The position numbers and the translations under genes are program-made. 64,000 nucleotides of DNA. It comes from an uncultured Spirochaetota bacterium (GTDB lineage: Bacteria > Spirochaetota > Spirochaetia > SZUA-6 > Fen-1364). The notes beneath the pieces are model-generated. The model ran no database searches. It worked only from the letters and a program-made list of their open reading frames with translations, and was not told the origin of the DNA. The stretch is taken from contig CAVTHO010000006.1 in the NCBI GenBank assembly GCA_963734545.1, positions 256,001 through 320,000 of the forward strand. Direction: 5' to 3'. This document shows, in pieces, positions 52,582 through 64,000 of the stretch (positions within the stretch are counted from its first letter, which is position 1; every line of letters begins with the position of its first letter).

Positions 52582-53444
52582 GTGGATACCACGGGAAGAA
52601 GCGTTGTCGTCACGGGGGTTTCCACCGGCATCGGCAATGGAATAACCCGCGTGCTGGTCCGGCAGGGCGTCCATGTCTTCGGAAGCGTGCGCAGGCGGGA
52701 GGACGCCGCGCGCCTCTCCGCGGAGCTCGGCAGCGGGTTCACCCCGCTGCTGTTCGACGTGACGGACACGCGCGCCATTGCGGCAGCCGTCGACCTCGTC
52801 CGAAAGAGCCTTTCCGGTGCCACCCTCATGGGCCTGGTCAACAATGCCGGCATCTCCGTGTTCGGGCCCCTGATGTACGTGCCCCTTGATGAGTTCCGCC
52901 GGCAGCTCGAGGTGAACCTCGTGTCCGTGCTCGCCGTGACCCAGGCGTTCCTCCCGCTGCTCGGCGCCGACCGGTCCCTGAGCCGGTGCCCCGGGGAGAA
53001 TCGTCAACATGGGTTCGGTGGGCGGGAAAATCGCGGCGCCGTTTCTCGGACCATATGCCGCTTCGAAGTTCGCCCTGGAGGGCCTGTCGGAGAGCCTGCG
53101 CCGCGAGCTGATGCTTTTCGGGATAGACGTCATCGTGATCGGCCCGGGAGCGGTGGCCACGCCGATCTGGGACAAGGCCGAGCGTGAAGACACCAGCTCG
53201 ATTCGAAGGCACCGAATATGCCGCCCCGCTTCGAAAGTTCGGGGCCTACTTTCTGAAGGAAGGCAAGGCGGGCTATCCGCCGGAGCGCGTCGGTGCGGTC
53301 GTGTGGCGCGCGCTTTCCCGCGCCCGTCCCCGGGTCCGCTATGCGGTTGTTCCTCACGTGCTGCGGGGCTGGATCATTCCTCGACTTCTTCCCAAGCGCC
53401 TCATTGATCGAATCATCGGAAGGAGCACCGGCCTCAGCACCTGA
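52582..53444 (+). CDS. SDR family oxidoreductase (frameshifts)
   Basis: TGVSTGIG, LVNNAG, YAASKFALEGLSESLRREL. Confidence 0.88.
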
Positions 53445-53548
53445 GCGGCACGGTTCACGGTTCACGGTTCACAGGTCGATCAGGCCGCCATCCCCGCTGG
53501 GCCGCCATCCCTGTCGGAATTTTTTTCTTGACTTTTCCAGTTAGCTAT

Positions 53549-53564
53549 ATAACTATTTAGTTAT
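53549..53564. promoter_or_regulatory. Probable ArsR operator ATAACTA-TT-TAGTTAT
   Basis: Perfect 7-2-7 palindrome overlapping the promoter and ATG of the ArsR gene. Confidence 0.7.
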
Positions 53565-53926
53565 GCAACAGGCATTGGCTCCTGACAAATCACTGGACTG
53601 CGGTATTCGCTGCCCTGGCTGACCCTACCCGCAGAGCCATTGTCGAAAGGCTCGCGCGGGGCAGCGCATCCGTAATGGAGCTTTCAGAGCCTTTCAAACT
53701 GAGCCAACCCGCAATCTCCAAGCACCTGAAGGTGCTGGAGCGCGCCGGCCTGATTTCCCAGGGAAGGGACGCGCAGCGCCGGCCGCGCCAGATCGAGCCC
53801 CAGCGGATCAAGCAGCTGTCGGAATGGATAGAGAAGTATCGCCAAGTACTCGAGGAGAGCTACACGCGCCTCGAAAATTACCTGCAGTCATTGCAGGCCA
53901 AGGAGGATCCCCATGACCACCTCTAA
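53563..53926 (+). CDS. ArsR/SmtB family regulator (frameshift near 53600)
   Basis: VFAALADPTRRAI in the upstream part of the main frame; SQPAISKHLKVLERAGLI. Confidence 0.85.
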
Positions 53927-54398
53927 GCTCGAGGTGATTGCCCCGGCCAGCGAGCCGGTCATCATAACGCATCGTTTCATCAAGGCATCGCCCGCTTTGA
54001 TCTTCAAGGCGTGGACGACACCGGAGTACCTGAAGCAGTGGCTCGGGCCCCGTGAGCTCGAGATGATCTCCTGCGAGATCGATCTGCGCGTCGGCGGCCG
54101 GTACCGCTACGTGCACAGGTCTCCCGATGGCCAGGAGTACGGCTTCGGAGGCACGTACCTGGAGATCGACGCGCCGCACCGGATGGTGTGCACGTCTGTC
54201 TTCGAGATGATGCCCCAGTTCGAGGCCGTCGAGACCCTCACCCTGGAGGAGAAGGACGGCGGGACGCTGATCACCACCCACACCCGGCATGGCTCCGTCG
54301 AAGCCCGGGACGCGCACCTCTCCGGAGGCGGGATGGAGGCCGGCATGACGGACGGATACGATCGGCTGGAAGCACTCGTGCAGAGGAACTTCAAATGA
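53913..54398 (+). CDS. SRPBCC/AHSA1 domain protein
   Basis: FKAWTTPE..KQWLGP, IDLRVGG.YRY, GMEAG..DGYDRL. Confidence 0.88.
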   Translation: MTTSKLEVIAPASEPVIITHRFIKASPALIFKAWTTPEYLKQWLGPRELEMISCEIDLRVGGRYRYVHRSPDGQEYGFGGTYLEIDAPHRMVCTSVFEMMPQFEAVETLTLEEKDGGTLITTHTRHGSVEARDAHLSGGGMEAGMTDGYDRLEALVQRNFK

Positions 54399-54859
54399 TC
54401 GACACGCCGAAGATCGTGAAGAGCGCCGAGCAGCTCACTGCCGTGGTCCATCTCACCGTTCCACGCTCCGAGATCCAGAACGTCATGGGGCCGGGCCTCA
54501 GCGAGGTGCAGGCTGCCGTTGCCGCCCAGGGCATTGCCGTCACCGGGCCCTGGTTCACGCACCATTTGAAGATGGATCCAAAAGTCTTCGATTTCGAGAT
54601 CTGCCTGCCGGTGAAAAAGCAGGTCAGCGCAACGGGCCGGGTCCGGCCGGGCCGCATGCCGGCCCGCAGGGTGGTCCGCACCGTCTTCCATGGCGACTAC
54701 GAGGGCCTCGCGGGTGCCTGGGGAGAGCTCACGAGCTGGATCGAGTCCGAAGGGCTCACGCCTGCCGAGGATCTCTATGAAATCTACACCAAGGGACCCG
54801 AAGCCAGCTCCGATCCGTCTGCCTGGCGCACGGAGCTGAATCAGCCGCTCAAGGAGTAA
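54395..54859 (+). CDS. GyrI-like small-molecule-binding protein
   Basis: FEICLPV, HGDYEGLAGAW, YEIY..GPE, WRTEL. Confidence 0.85.
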   Translation: MIDTPKIVKSAEQLTAVVHLTVPRSEIQNVMGPGLSEVQAAVAAQGIAVTGPWFTHHLKMDPKVFDFEICLPVKKQVSATGRVRPGRMPARRVVRTVFHGDYEGLAGAWGELTSWIESEGLTPAEDLYEIYTKGPEASSDPSAWRTELNQPLKE

Positions 54860-54888
54860 TGATGCACAGGGGGGCCGTGGAGGCCCCC

Positions 54889-56409
54889 CTACGATCGCAG
54901 GGCTTCTTCCATTGAAATGCCGGCCATCATCAGGCCGATCTGCTCCACGCTGCCCTGGCCGCGCGCAAGCACGCCGGTGATCCGGCCCTCGTACATGACC
55001 GCGATCCGGTCCGAGAGGGCCTGGATCTCGTCCAGGTCTTCAGAGATGAGAAGGATTCCGATGCCTGACTCCCGCTGGGCGAGCAGGCGCTCGTGGATAT
55101 AGCCTGTCGCGCTGATATCCACGCCGCGCGTCGGCTGCGCGGCGATCAGGACGGATGGCCGCCGGGAGAGCTCGCGGGCCATGATCAGCTTCTGAATGTT
55201 TCCCCCGGAGAGGTTTTTCAACGGCGTGTCGAGGCCGGGGGTTTTCACGGCATATTCCTTCACCAGCGCGGCGGCGTGCGCGCGCATCCGCGCCAGGCTG
55301 AGGAAAATGCCGCGGGCGTACGGCGGCGAGGAGTGGTCGTGGAGAAACACATTGTCCTGCACGGAGAACTCCCGGATGGCGCCGTCCCGCATGCGCTCCT
55401 CGGGGATATAGGCCATGCCGGCATCCACCCTCTGGTTGAGAGTGGCCTGGGTGATGTCGCGGCCATCGATCGTGACTGATCCCGCTGCCGGCCTGCGCAT
55501 GCCGGCCAGGCACTCGGCAAGCTCGCGCTGCCCGTTGCCGGACACCCCCGCGAGCCCCACGATTTCTCCTCCCCGTATGGTGAGATCGATGCCGCGCAGC
55601 GCCTCGGTGCCCCTGTCACCCTGGGCGCGGAGTCCCTGGATATGCAGCCGCGTCTGTCCGGGCTCGCGGGGCCGGGGGGCAAGCTCCTTGAGCTCGCGCC
55701 CCACCATCATGGTGACCAGCTCGGCGCGGCTGACCGATTTCGTGGGCCGGCAGCCGATCACCTTGCCGTCCCGCAGGACCGTCACCCTGTCACTGATGTC
55801 CATGACCTCGTGCAGCTTGTGGGAGATGAAGACGAGCGAATGGCCCTCCACGACCATGCGCCGCAGGGTGGCGAACAGGTCGTTGACCTCCTGGGGGGTC
55901 AGCACGGCAGTCGGCTCATCCAGGATGATCAGCCGGGCGCCGCGGTACAGAGCCTTCATGATCTCCACGCGCTGCTGCTCGCCCACGGAAAGCTGCCAGA
56001 CATACGCGTGCGGATCCATGGCAAGCCCGTATTCCTCGGAAAGCGCGCGGATCCGGGCAGTGACTTTTTTCAGGTCCAGGAGCGGCTCGCGGGAAGAGCG
56101 CTGGCCGAGGGCCACATTCTGCGCCACGGTCATGGTCGGCACGAGCATGAAGTGCTGGTGGATCATTCCAATGCCCGCGCGGATTGCGTCTGCAGGAGAG
56201 TGAAACAGGAGCTTCCTGCCGTCGATGAAGATCTCACCTTCATCCGGCTGGTACAGGCCGTAGAGCTGCCGCATCAGGGTGCTCTTTCCCGCGCCGTTCT
56301 CACCGAGGAGGGCGTGCACCTCTCCGGGCTCCACGTCGAAACAGACCCGTGAATTGGCCACCACGCCGGGGAAGCACTTCACTATGTCGACCATCTCCGC
56401 GTGACGCAT
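54889..56409 (-). CDS. Nucleoside ABC transporter ATPase (dual NBD)
   Basis: GENGAGKST, IGMIHQHF, AGVSGNGQ, LSGGNIQK, QPTRGVD. Confidence 0.92.
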   Translation of the reverse strand: MRHAEMVDIVKCFPGVVANSRVCFDVEPGEVHALLGENGAGKSTLMRQLYGLYQPDEGEIFIDGRKLLFHSPADAIRAGIGMIHQHFMLVPTMTVAQNVALGQRSSREPLLDLKKVTARIRALSEEYGLAMDPHAYVWQLSVGEQQRVEIMKALYRGARLIILDEPTAVLTPQEVNDLFATLRRMVVEGHSLVFISHKLHEVMDISDRVTVLRDGKVIGCRPTKSVSRAELVTMMVGRELKELAPRPREPGQTRLHIQGLRAQGDRGTEALRGIDLTIRGGEIVGLAGVSGNGQRELAECLAGMRRPAAGSVTIDGRDITQATLNQRVDAGMAYIPEERMRDGAIREFSVQDNVFLHDHSSPPYARGIFLSLARMRAHAAALVKEYAVKTPGLDTPLKNLSGGNIQKLIMARELSRRPSVLIAAQPTRGVDISATGYIHERLLAQRESGIGILLISEDLDEIQALSDRIAVMYEGRITGVLARGQGSVEQIGLMMAGISMEEALRS

Positions 56410-56532
56410 CCTGCTCCGCTCTTCAGCGAAGGTCCGGCCTACGGGCGTCGTGCACCGTATCGGCGCCCAACTGCTATCCGTTGCTACGGAGCGCCTCCGC
56501 CATCCATGCCCTCGGCGCGCCTCGCATCCTGT

Positions 56533-57504
56533 CTACGGCTGTACCTTGATCGTGCCCTTGGTGATGCCCTGGATGCTTGCGTCACCAGCCGACTTGGCGC
56601 TTGCCGGGAGCTTGTAGGACGGGTTGTACGCGATCTTCAGGCCGCCGTTTGCCAGCGTGAGCGTGTACTGGGTGCCGCCCAGGACGCCTGCCTTGTGCTT
56701 GGTGATCATGTCACGCAGCATTCCCGTCCAATCGTACACCTGGCTTGCCACGACCAGCGCGGAGGCAAGCGCAGCCTGATCCGACTGGGTGCCGAACCAC
56801 AGAACGCTTCCCTTGTCCCTGGCAGCGCCGATGGAGCCGACCACTGACTGCGAGGATCCTGTCAGCACGTCCGCCCCGCTTGCGATGTGGGTCTTTGCTG
56901 CTGCGGTCATGAGCGCGACATCGGAGAACGAGCCGGTCCACGTCTTGGAAATCGTGATGCTCTTGTCCACCGACTGCACACCCTGCAGGAACCCATCGAT
57001 GTACGTCTTGGCATCACCGACCTCGACCGGACCAGTGACACCGATCTTCCTGCTCTTTGTCATCCTGGCCGCGATGACGCCGTTCACATAGCCGCCCTGT
57101 TCCGCGGCGGCAGTGTAGGCGTAGACGTTCGGAAGCCCGAACGTGTTGACGTCAGTGCCCCAGGCGAATGTCACATCGGGAAAGTCCTTCGCGATCTCCT
57201 GCACGGACGAGCCGTACTGCGATCCGTGGGCAATGACGATGTCAAAGCCCTGGCTTGCATAGTCGCGCACAGCCGCCGCCGCATCCGGCACCTTGAACAT
57301 GTTCTCGGAGTACTTGAGCTCGAGGGCGGAGGCGCCCCCCATCTCTTTCTGGATGGACTGCAGCGCGCTCCACATGGACTGGCTGAACGCCATGTCCGTG
57401 GTCGCGCTGGGCATCACCACGGCGATGCGAAACGGCGCGGCGGTGACGCTCGCGGCGATCAGGACCCCCAGCACCACTGCGATGAAAAGGCTTCTCCTCG
57501 TCAT
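56533..57504 (-). CDS. BMP family nucleoside-binding protein
   Basis: DMAFSQS, YASQGFDIVIAHGSQY, GYVNG..AA, GSFSD. Confidence 0.88.
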   Translation of the reverse strand: MTRRSLFIAVVLGVLIAASVTAAPFRIAVVMPSATTDMAFSQSMWSALQSIQKEMGGASALELKYSENMFKVPDAAAAVRDYASQGFDIVIAHGSQYGSSVQEIAKDFPDVTFAWGTDVNTFGLPNVYAYTAAAEQGGYVNGVIAARMTKSRKIGVTGPVEVGDAKTYIDGFLQGVQSVDKSITISKTWTGSFSDVALMTAAAKTHIASGADVLTGSSQSVVGSIGAARDKGSVLWFGTQSDQAALASALVVASQVYDWTGMLRDMITKHKAGVLGGTQYTLTLANGGLKIAYNPSYKLPASAKSAGDASIQGITKGTIKVQP

Positions 57505-57569
57505 TCCGATTCTCCTTTCAGAATCCGCACACACACCCGGGCGGCCAACGGCCGCTTTTCTTTTCGCTC

Positions 57570-58503
57570 CTAATTCTCCCCTCTCTCAAAGGGCTTGTTC
57601 AAGGCGGCAGGCTGGCGCATCCGGTTGACCGTAACGGTCAGTGCCGCGATTGTCAGCAGGTAGGGCAGCATCACCGCGACGCTGGAGGGAATCTTCACCC
57701 CCAGGACCTGCATCCAGAGCTGCAGTGAATTGACCACGCTGAAAAGCAGGGCGCCGCCCATCACGCCCACCGGGTTCCAGCCGCCGAAGTAGACGAGCGC
57801 CACGGCAATGAAGCCCTGGCCGGCGGTCAGGTCATCCTGGAAGAGATTCAGCAGGCTGATGGAGAGCGAGGCGCCCGCGATCCCCGCCAGGGTGGATCCG
57901 ATGCAGACGCTGAGGTACCGGATGCGGTCCACGCTGATGCCCAGCGAGTCTGCCGCGGCAGGGTTCTGTCCTACCGACTTGATCCGGAGCCCCAGGGTTG
58001 TCTTTTCCAGCATCCACCAGACCAGGGGCACGAGCAGGAACGCCCCGTAGACGGGCAGGCTGTTGCGGAAAAGGATGGGTCCGATGATCGGGATGTCCCC
58101 CAGGAGCGGAATGGCAACCGGCGGAAAGCCCTGCACCGTCTTCACCGTTCCGATCAGGATCTTGAAGAGCAGGCTCGACATTCCCAGGCCGAACATGTAG
58201 AGCCCGATGCCGCTCACACCCTGCTCGGCCTTGAGGGTCACGCTCACAAATGACATCAGGAGCCCCATCAAGCAGCCCGACGATCGCGGCGGCCAGGAGA
58301 CCCAGCCACAGGCTCCCCGTGGTCAAGGCGACGTAGAAGGCCGCGAAAGCGCTGAGCAGCATGATTCCGTCCACGCCGAGGTTCACCACGCCGGAGCTCT
58401 GCGCAATCGTCTCTCCAAGGGCCGCATACAGAAAAGGAGTGGCAAGGCTGACCATTGTATTGAGGATTCCCGACACGACGGTGAGGGAGAAGAGGTTCTT
58501 CAT
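57570..58503 (-). CDS. Nucleoside ABC permease (frameshift near 58270)
   Basis: SGVVNLGVDG, GQGFIAVALV.FGGW, MLPYLLT, PAALNKPF. Confidence 0.88.
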
Positions 58504-59617
58504 GCGTCCTCGACCTTCCTCTGCCGGGCCGCCCACTTCCGCGACCAGAGCGCCGAGCCGGAGACGAACAGCACGACAAGGCCGAGAAGCGCGACCACCA
58601 GATGAGGACGGGACCTGGACCGCGCGCTGCATGGTGTCCGCGCCCACGAGCAGTCCGCCGAAGAGAATCGAGGCCGGGATCAGGCCCAGCGGATGCAGGC
58701 TGCCGAGCAGGGCAGCCACGATCCCGGTGAATCCGTAGCCGCTGGTAAGCCCCTCCAGCAATCGGTGCTGCACACCGATCACCTCCAGCACCCCGGCGAG
58801 CCCGGCGAATCCTCCTGCCAGCGTCAGGGAGAGCGCCTGGTAGGTGGGCACGTTGATGCCGGCGTACCGGGAGGCGTTGGGGATTCAGGCCTACTGCACG
58901 GATATTGTACCCGATGGTTGTTCGCCAGAGAAAAATGTAGACGACCACGGCAAGCACGACCGCGACTATCGCGCCCGCGTGAAGGAGCGTACGGGGCACC
59001 AGCCGCGGAAGCCAGACCTGCGCCGGCAATTGCGCCGACTGCGCCAGGAATGTCCTTGCCTTGACACCCGCCGGATCCATGAGCGGGCCCTGCAGGAGCA
59101 GGTTCATGAGCTGCAGCGCGATGGAGTTCATCATTATCGTGCTGAGGATTTCATTCACCCGCAGCCGCGCCTTGAGGAACCCGGGGACAAATCCCCATAT
59201 GGACCCGGCCAGGAAGCCGACGATCATGGTGGACGGTATGAGCAGCCACCCGGGCCAGGAGGGAAACGTCAGCGGGAACCACGCCGCCATCAGCGCGCCG
59301 GCAATGATCTGTCCTTCACCGCCGATGTTGATCACGTTGGCGCGGAAGGCAATGCAGATTCCCAGGCCGACAAGCAGGAGAGGGGTGGCTTTGACCAGGG
59401 TTTGCGTCAAGCCGAACCGGGAGCCGACCGCGCCCCTGACAAGGGCCGCATAGGCGGCGATTGGATCCGCCTTGAGGACCACCAGCATGATGGCGCCCAT
59501 GGCCAGCGCCACGACCACCCCTGCCATGGGCAGGAGGACCTTCAGGGCCAGGCCGCTCCAGTCGGTCGCGGGCCGTCGCGATTGCTGCAGGTCTGCGGAT
59601 GAAGATGCGGGCGGCAC
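58500..59617 (-). CDS. Nucleoside ABC permease (frameshifts)
   Basis: ATPLLL.GL, NIGGEGQ, VNEILST, GYGFTGIVAALLG. Confidence 0.88.
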
Positions 59618-59665
59618 GTGACACGATACACTCACGAGAGTATTCTGCGCAACAGGATTTCCGGA

Positions 59666-62344
59666 ATGATTCAATTCACATTGAATGGCGACATTGTCGA
59701 GGCGGAAGGTGAGGGGACGCTCCTTTCCTACCTGCGCGGGGTGGCTCTCCTTACCGGGGCAAAGAACGCCTGCGGCGAGGGGACCTGCGGCGCCTGCTCG
59801 GTTATCGTGGACGGGTCCCTGGTCACATCCTGCACAATTCCCCGGTCGAGAAGATGGCCGGCAAATCGATCATCACTGTGGAAGGAATCCAGAAAGCCGA
59901 GATGGACGCCTACGTGCGCGCCTTTGCCGACGCAGGGGCGGTCCAGTGCGGGTTCTGCACGCCGGGCATGGTGATTGCCGCAAAAGCCCTGCTCGACAGG
60001 AACCCGAGCCCCACGGAGGCCCAGGTACGCACCGGCCTGCGACGGAACCTCTGCCGCTGCACGGGCTACGGGAAGATCGTGGCAGGTGTGCTTCTTGCGG
60101 CGCGCTACAGGGCTTCTGCCTCGGGGCATGTTGACGCTGCGGCCGCAGCGGGCGCCGCGGCGCCGGCAGCTGCACCGTCCGCGGCCGCCGGCATCGGGGC
60201 GCGGGTGCGCCGCGTGGACGCCGCGGCCAAGGCGCGCGGAAGCGCAATGTACGTGGACGATTTTTCCGAGCCGGGCATGCTCTTCGGCGCCGCGCTCAGG
60301 ACTCCTCATCCGCGCGCCCGCCTGGTTTCGCTGGATGTCTCCGCGGCGCGCGCGCTTCGCCGGTGTGGCCGCGGTTGCGACGTGGAAAGAGATCCCCGGC
60401 AACCGGTTCACCGGGCACGTTGTTGCTGACTGGCCGACGCTTGTGGCCGTGGGAGAAGCTGACCCGGTACGTGGGAGATGCGGTGGCCCTTGTTGCCGCG
60501 GAGTCCCCCGAGGTTGCCAGGGCGGCCTTATCGCTCATCAGGGCGGAATACGAGATTCTCGAGCCGATGCGATCACCCGAAGCCGCGCTTGCACCCGGGG
60601 CCCCGGCAATTCATCCAAAGGGAAATGTGCTCACCCGGCTCGCGCTCAAACGAGGGGACGCGGAAAAGGCAATTGCATCTGCCGCGCATGTCGTGCATGC
60701 CAGCTTCGAGACGCCGTTCACCGACCACGCATTCATGGAGCCGGAAAGCGCCCTCGCGTATCCCCCTGACCGGGACGGAGTGGTCCTGGTTCTCACGGGG
60801 GAGCAGAACGTGTACGACGGCCGGAGGTACGTGGCGGATACGCTCGGCCTTCCCCCGGAGAAAGTGCGCGTGATCTCGGCATACGTGGGAGGAGGGTTCG
60901 GCGGAAAAGAAGACCAGACGGTTCAGCACCACGCCGCTCTCCTTGCCTGGCTTTCCCACCGGCCGGTCAAGTGCACGCTGGGCAGGGCGGAGAGCATGCG
61001 CGTGCACGTCAAGCGGCACCCGATGTCCATCAACCTGAGCATGGGCTGCGATGCGGAAGGCAGGCTGGTCGGGTATCAGGCGCGCATCGTGGCGGACACC
61101 GGCGCATATGCCTCCCTCGGCGGACCGGTCCTTCACCGCGCGGTTGCTCACGCGGGCGGCCCGTACGCCTACGGAAACATCGACGTCGAGGGAATGGCCG
61201 TTTTCACGAACAATCCGCCTGCCGGCGCCTTCAGGGGATTCGGCGTGCCCCAGGTCAATTTCGCATTCGAGAGCGCCCTCGATCTTCTGGCGGAGAAGGC
61301 CGGTCTCTCCCCCTGGGAGATACGATTTCGCAACGCGGTCCGTCCGGGAGACATGCTTCCCAACGGACAGATCGCAGGTCCGGACACTGCCCTGGAAGAA
61401 TGCCTCCTTGCTGTGAAGCTCGATTTCGACGCAGCGCCCGGCCGCGCGGGAGTGGCGTGCGGCTTCAAGAACACCGGGCTCGGCATGGGACACAAGGACG
61501 TGGGACGCTGCGTGCTGAAGGTCGAGCCCGATCACGTCGAGGTCCGCACCGGCGCGGCCTGCATCGGCCAGGGGCTTGCCACGGTTCTCACGCAGATCGC
61601 CTGCGATGTACTCTCACTCGATCCCGCGCGGGTGCGCGTCGCGCTTCCCGACACCTTCAACACCCCGGACTCGGGCACGACAACCGCATCCCGCCAGACG
61701 CTGGTGACAGGAGAGGCCTGTCGGCGCGCGTGCATTGCAGCGCGCGAGGCGCTGGAGGGGGCGGGGGTAGGGGCGGGCGGCGAACGGGCAGGCGCCTTCC
61801 CGCTGGCGGTGCTGGCCGGCAGGGAGTTCCGCGGCGAGTATGAGGTGATTACCGATCCTTTCGAGACAGACAAGACCAATCCAATCCGGCATGTAGCGTA
61901 CAGCTATGCCTGCCAGTTGGTGGTCCTCGGTGAGGACGGCCGGATCGAGCGCGTCGTAGCGGCCCATGACTCAGGCGTGGTGGTGAACCCTCTCGCATTC
62001 GAAGGCCAGGTCGAGGGAGGGGTTGTCATGGGGCTCGGGTTCGCTCTCACCGAGCGCTTTCCGCTTGTCGACTGCGTTCCCACTGCCAAATTCGGACAGC
62101 TCGGACTGCTCCGGGCCACGGACGTGCCGCCCGGTGAGACGATCATCATCAGGAAGGCTCAGGCGGCGGGCGCGGCCGGCGTGGGCGCTGAACGGCTGCG
62201 GCAACCGGCGCCGCATACGGCGCCAAGGGCATCGGCGAGATCAGCTCGATCCCTACGGCCGCCGCGGTGGCCGGTGCGTACTTCGCGCGGGACGGCAAGC
62301 TCAGGACCAGCCTTCCTCTGGACGGAACGCCGTACAGCAGGTGA
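59666..62344 (+). CDS. Xanthine dehydrogenase family, 2Fe-2S plus Mo-binding fusion (Se-dependent Xdh-like); frameshifts
   Basis: CGEGTCGAC, QCGFCTPG, LCRCTGY, GGGFGGK, AFRGFG, GQVEGG, GAKGIGE; TGA at 62342-62344. Confidence 0.88.
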
Positions 62345-62400
62345 GGACAATCGATTGATCGGGACACGACCGTCCTTGTTTCCACGAGGGAGGTGTGCCG

Positions 62401-63955
62401 TTAACGGTTCGAGTCCGACAGGGGGAGCCAGAACTGGACAGGTCGTCTCAGACGAGGCGGCCTGTTTTTTTGTGTCTTGGTGGTGCGCCGCGCCTCTTGG
62501 GCGATCCGGTGGATGATGTCGAACGGTGGCTTGAAGGCCGGGACCACCTGGTCCTGGTCGAGCGTCGAGCCCGGGCAGGATGAAGCCCAGGAGCGCCGCG
62601 CGCTCCGCTTGGCCGTGGGTCCGGAAGAACTCCTGGGCGTTCCGCGCGATCTCCAAGAGCCGGATCCCCTGCTCGATGTAGTTCTGGTCCGCCTTCTCGT
62701 GGCGTTCGATCCGGGCCCGGATCTGGGCTTGCTCCTCACGCCACGCGGAGACGTTGCGGCGGTAGAACGCTTCCTCGATCTCCCCGTCCAGCTTGTCCAG
62801 GTAGATCTGGTCGATGCGGTTCTGGAGCTTGGCGTACTGGGCGTTCAGCTTCTCGATGGCGCGGCGGTGGAACTCCGCCTTCTCCTTCTGGCTCTGGCGC
62901 AGCGCCTCCCGCATCCAGTCGAGCAGGGCCTCGGAGAACTGAAGCTCCCCGAGGATGTCCTCAAACTGCCGCTCCAGCTCCTCCTCCCGCACGTACAGCC
63001 CGCCGCAGGTGCCCTTGTCGAAGGTGCAGTGGTAGTAGATGTAGCGGTCCTTCTTGATCTCGGCGGTGATGGCGCAGCCGCAGGCGGCGCACTTCAGGAG
63101 GCCGGTGTAGGGGAAGCGGTGGGCCGTGGCCCGGGTGTCGTTTCTCTGCGCGGCGACGGCCTGGGCGCGGTCAAACAGCGCCTTGTCGATGAGCGGCGGG
63201 TGCTTGCCCTGGTAGCGCTTGCCGTTCCAGAGGAAGGCTCCCGTGTAGAAGGGGTTCTTCAGAATCTGGGCCACCGAGCTGCGACTCACGCGGCGGCCTT
63301 TGCGGGTGGTCAGCCCCTGCCGCGCGGCCAGCACCTCAAGCCTGCGGATGGAGAACTTGCCCGTGGCGTACTGCTCGAACATCTGGCGGATGATCGGGGC
63401 GCGCTGCGGGTCCAGCTCGATGGTCTTGTTGGTCTTGTCGTGCAGGTAGCCCAACGGCGCGTAGGCGGGAAACTCTCCCTCTTCCGCCTTCTCCTGCATG
63501 CCCTTTCGGGTCTCCTCGGAGAGGTTGTCGATGTAGTTCTTGGCCATCAGCACCTTGATGCCGTGGATGAACTTCTCATGGGACCGGGAGTCCTTGTTCA
63601 GCACCGAGCCTTCCTTGACGAAGATCAGCGTCACGTCCAGCTCGTCGATGGTCACGTAGTCCTTGAAGTTGCGGTACAGGCGGTCGGTCTTCTCACAGAG
63701 CAGGATTCGCACCTGGGGGTGCTCCTCCAGAAAGCGGATCATCTCGGTGAAGTGGGTGCGGCCGGACTGCTTGGCGGTCTCAACGTCGATGAACTCGCGG
63801 ACGACCTGGTAGTCGTGGCGGCGGGCGTAGGAGCGAAGCAGCTTGCACTGGGCGGGGATGGAGTAGCCGTCCCGCTCCTGCTCCTTGGAGGAGACTCTGG
63901 CGTAGAGAACGGCTTTGCTGGAAAGAAGCCCGTTCGGCTGCATCTCCTCCCTCAT
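62401..63955 (-). CDS. Large serine recombinase (integrase), frameshift near 62570
   Basis: YARVSS catalytic Ser, DRLYRN, APLGY, LKNPFYTG, zinc ribbon CAAC..YYHC; C-terminus WLPLSDSNR encoded antisense to the tRNA fragment. Confidence 0.92.
62405..62430 (+). mobile_element. Probable att junction: tRNA 3'-end fragment (tRNA-Asn-like)
   Basis: CGGTTCGAGTCCGACAGGGGGAGCCA = T-loop, acceptor strand and CCA; no tRNA 5' half upstream. Confidence 0.75.
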
Positions 63956-64000
63956 GCGGTCAGCTTCAGCCTCCTACGGTCCCCGCCTACCGTCCCTGGT

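Noticed and set aside
53449-53472. CACGGTT x3 microsatellite
   Set aside because: Short and intergenic with no supporting context; probably slippage.
31430-62344. Selenocysteine read-through in ygfK, the Mo-enzyme or xdh
   Set aside because: The breaks are frame changes, not in-frame TGA codons at Cys positions.
62355-62430. Complete tRNA gene
   Set aside because: Only the T-loop and acceptor 3' strand are present; there is no matching 5' acceptor strand or D-arm upstream.

Overview
GC-rich bacterial chromosomal segment. Gene content suggests an anaerobe, possibly Spirochaetia, but that is inference only. About 50 genes are present, and many are split by single-base frameshifts that look like long-read indel errors. 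From left to right: a sugar ABC transporter and sugar-oxidation genes; FecR and beta-barrel genes, a PurD-like ligase, rlmN and a steroid 5-alpha-reductase-like gene; a PTS-EIIA/diadenylate cyclase, AAA kinase and polB operon divergent from clpS-clpA-mgtC, with aat convergent; two cNMP-GGDEF genes, one with an H1-like Lys/Ala tail and one apparently fused to a DHH/DHHA1 phosphodiesterase; two PLP enzymes plus ygfK-ssnA; an RNHCP gene with an upstream mini-ORF; a cysteate synthase/CapB-SulA-like acyltransferase pair (probable sulfonolipid synthesis); rhlE; a peptide ABC system, a Mo-oxidoreductase and mttB; a low-GC NYN ribonuclease gene behind a structured terminator/antiterminator leader RNA; ArsR-SRPBCC-GyrI; a nucleoside ABC system and xanthine dehydrogenase; and the edge of a large-serine-recombinase element at a tRNA 3'-end fragment. 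Best candidates for new biology: the leader RNA plus NYN cassette, the capnine-type operon outside its usual host lineage, and the cNMP-GGDEF-DHH/DAC cyclic-nucleotide module.
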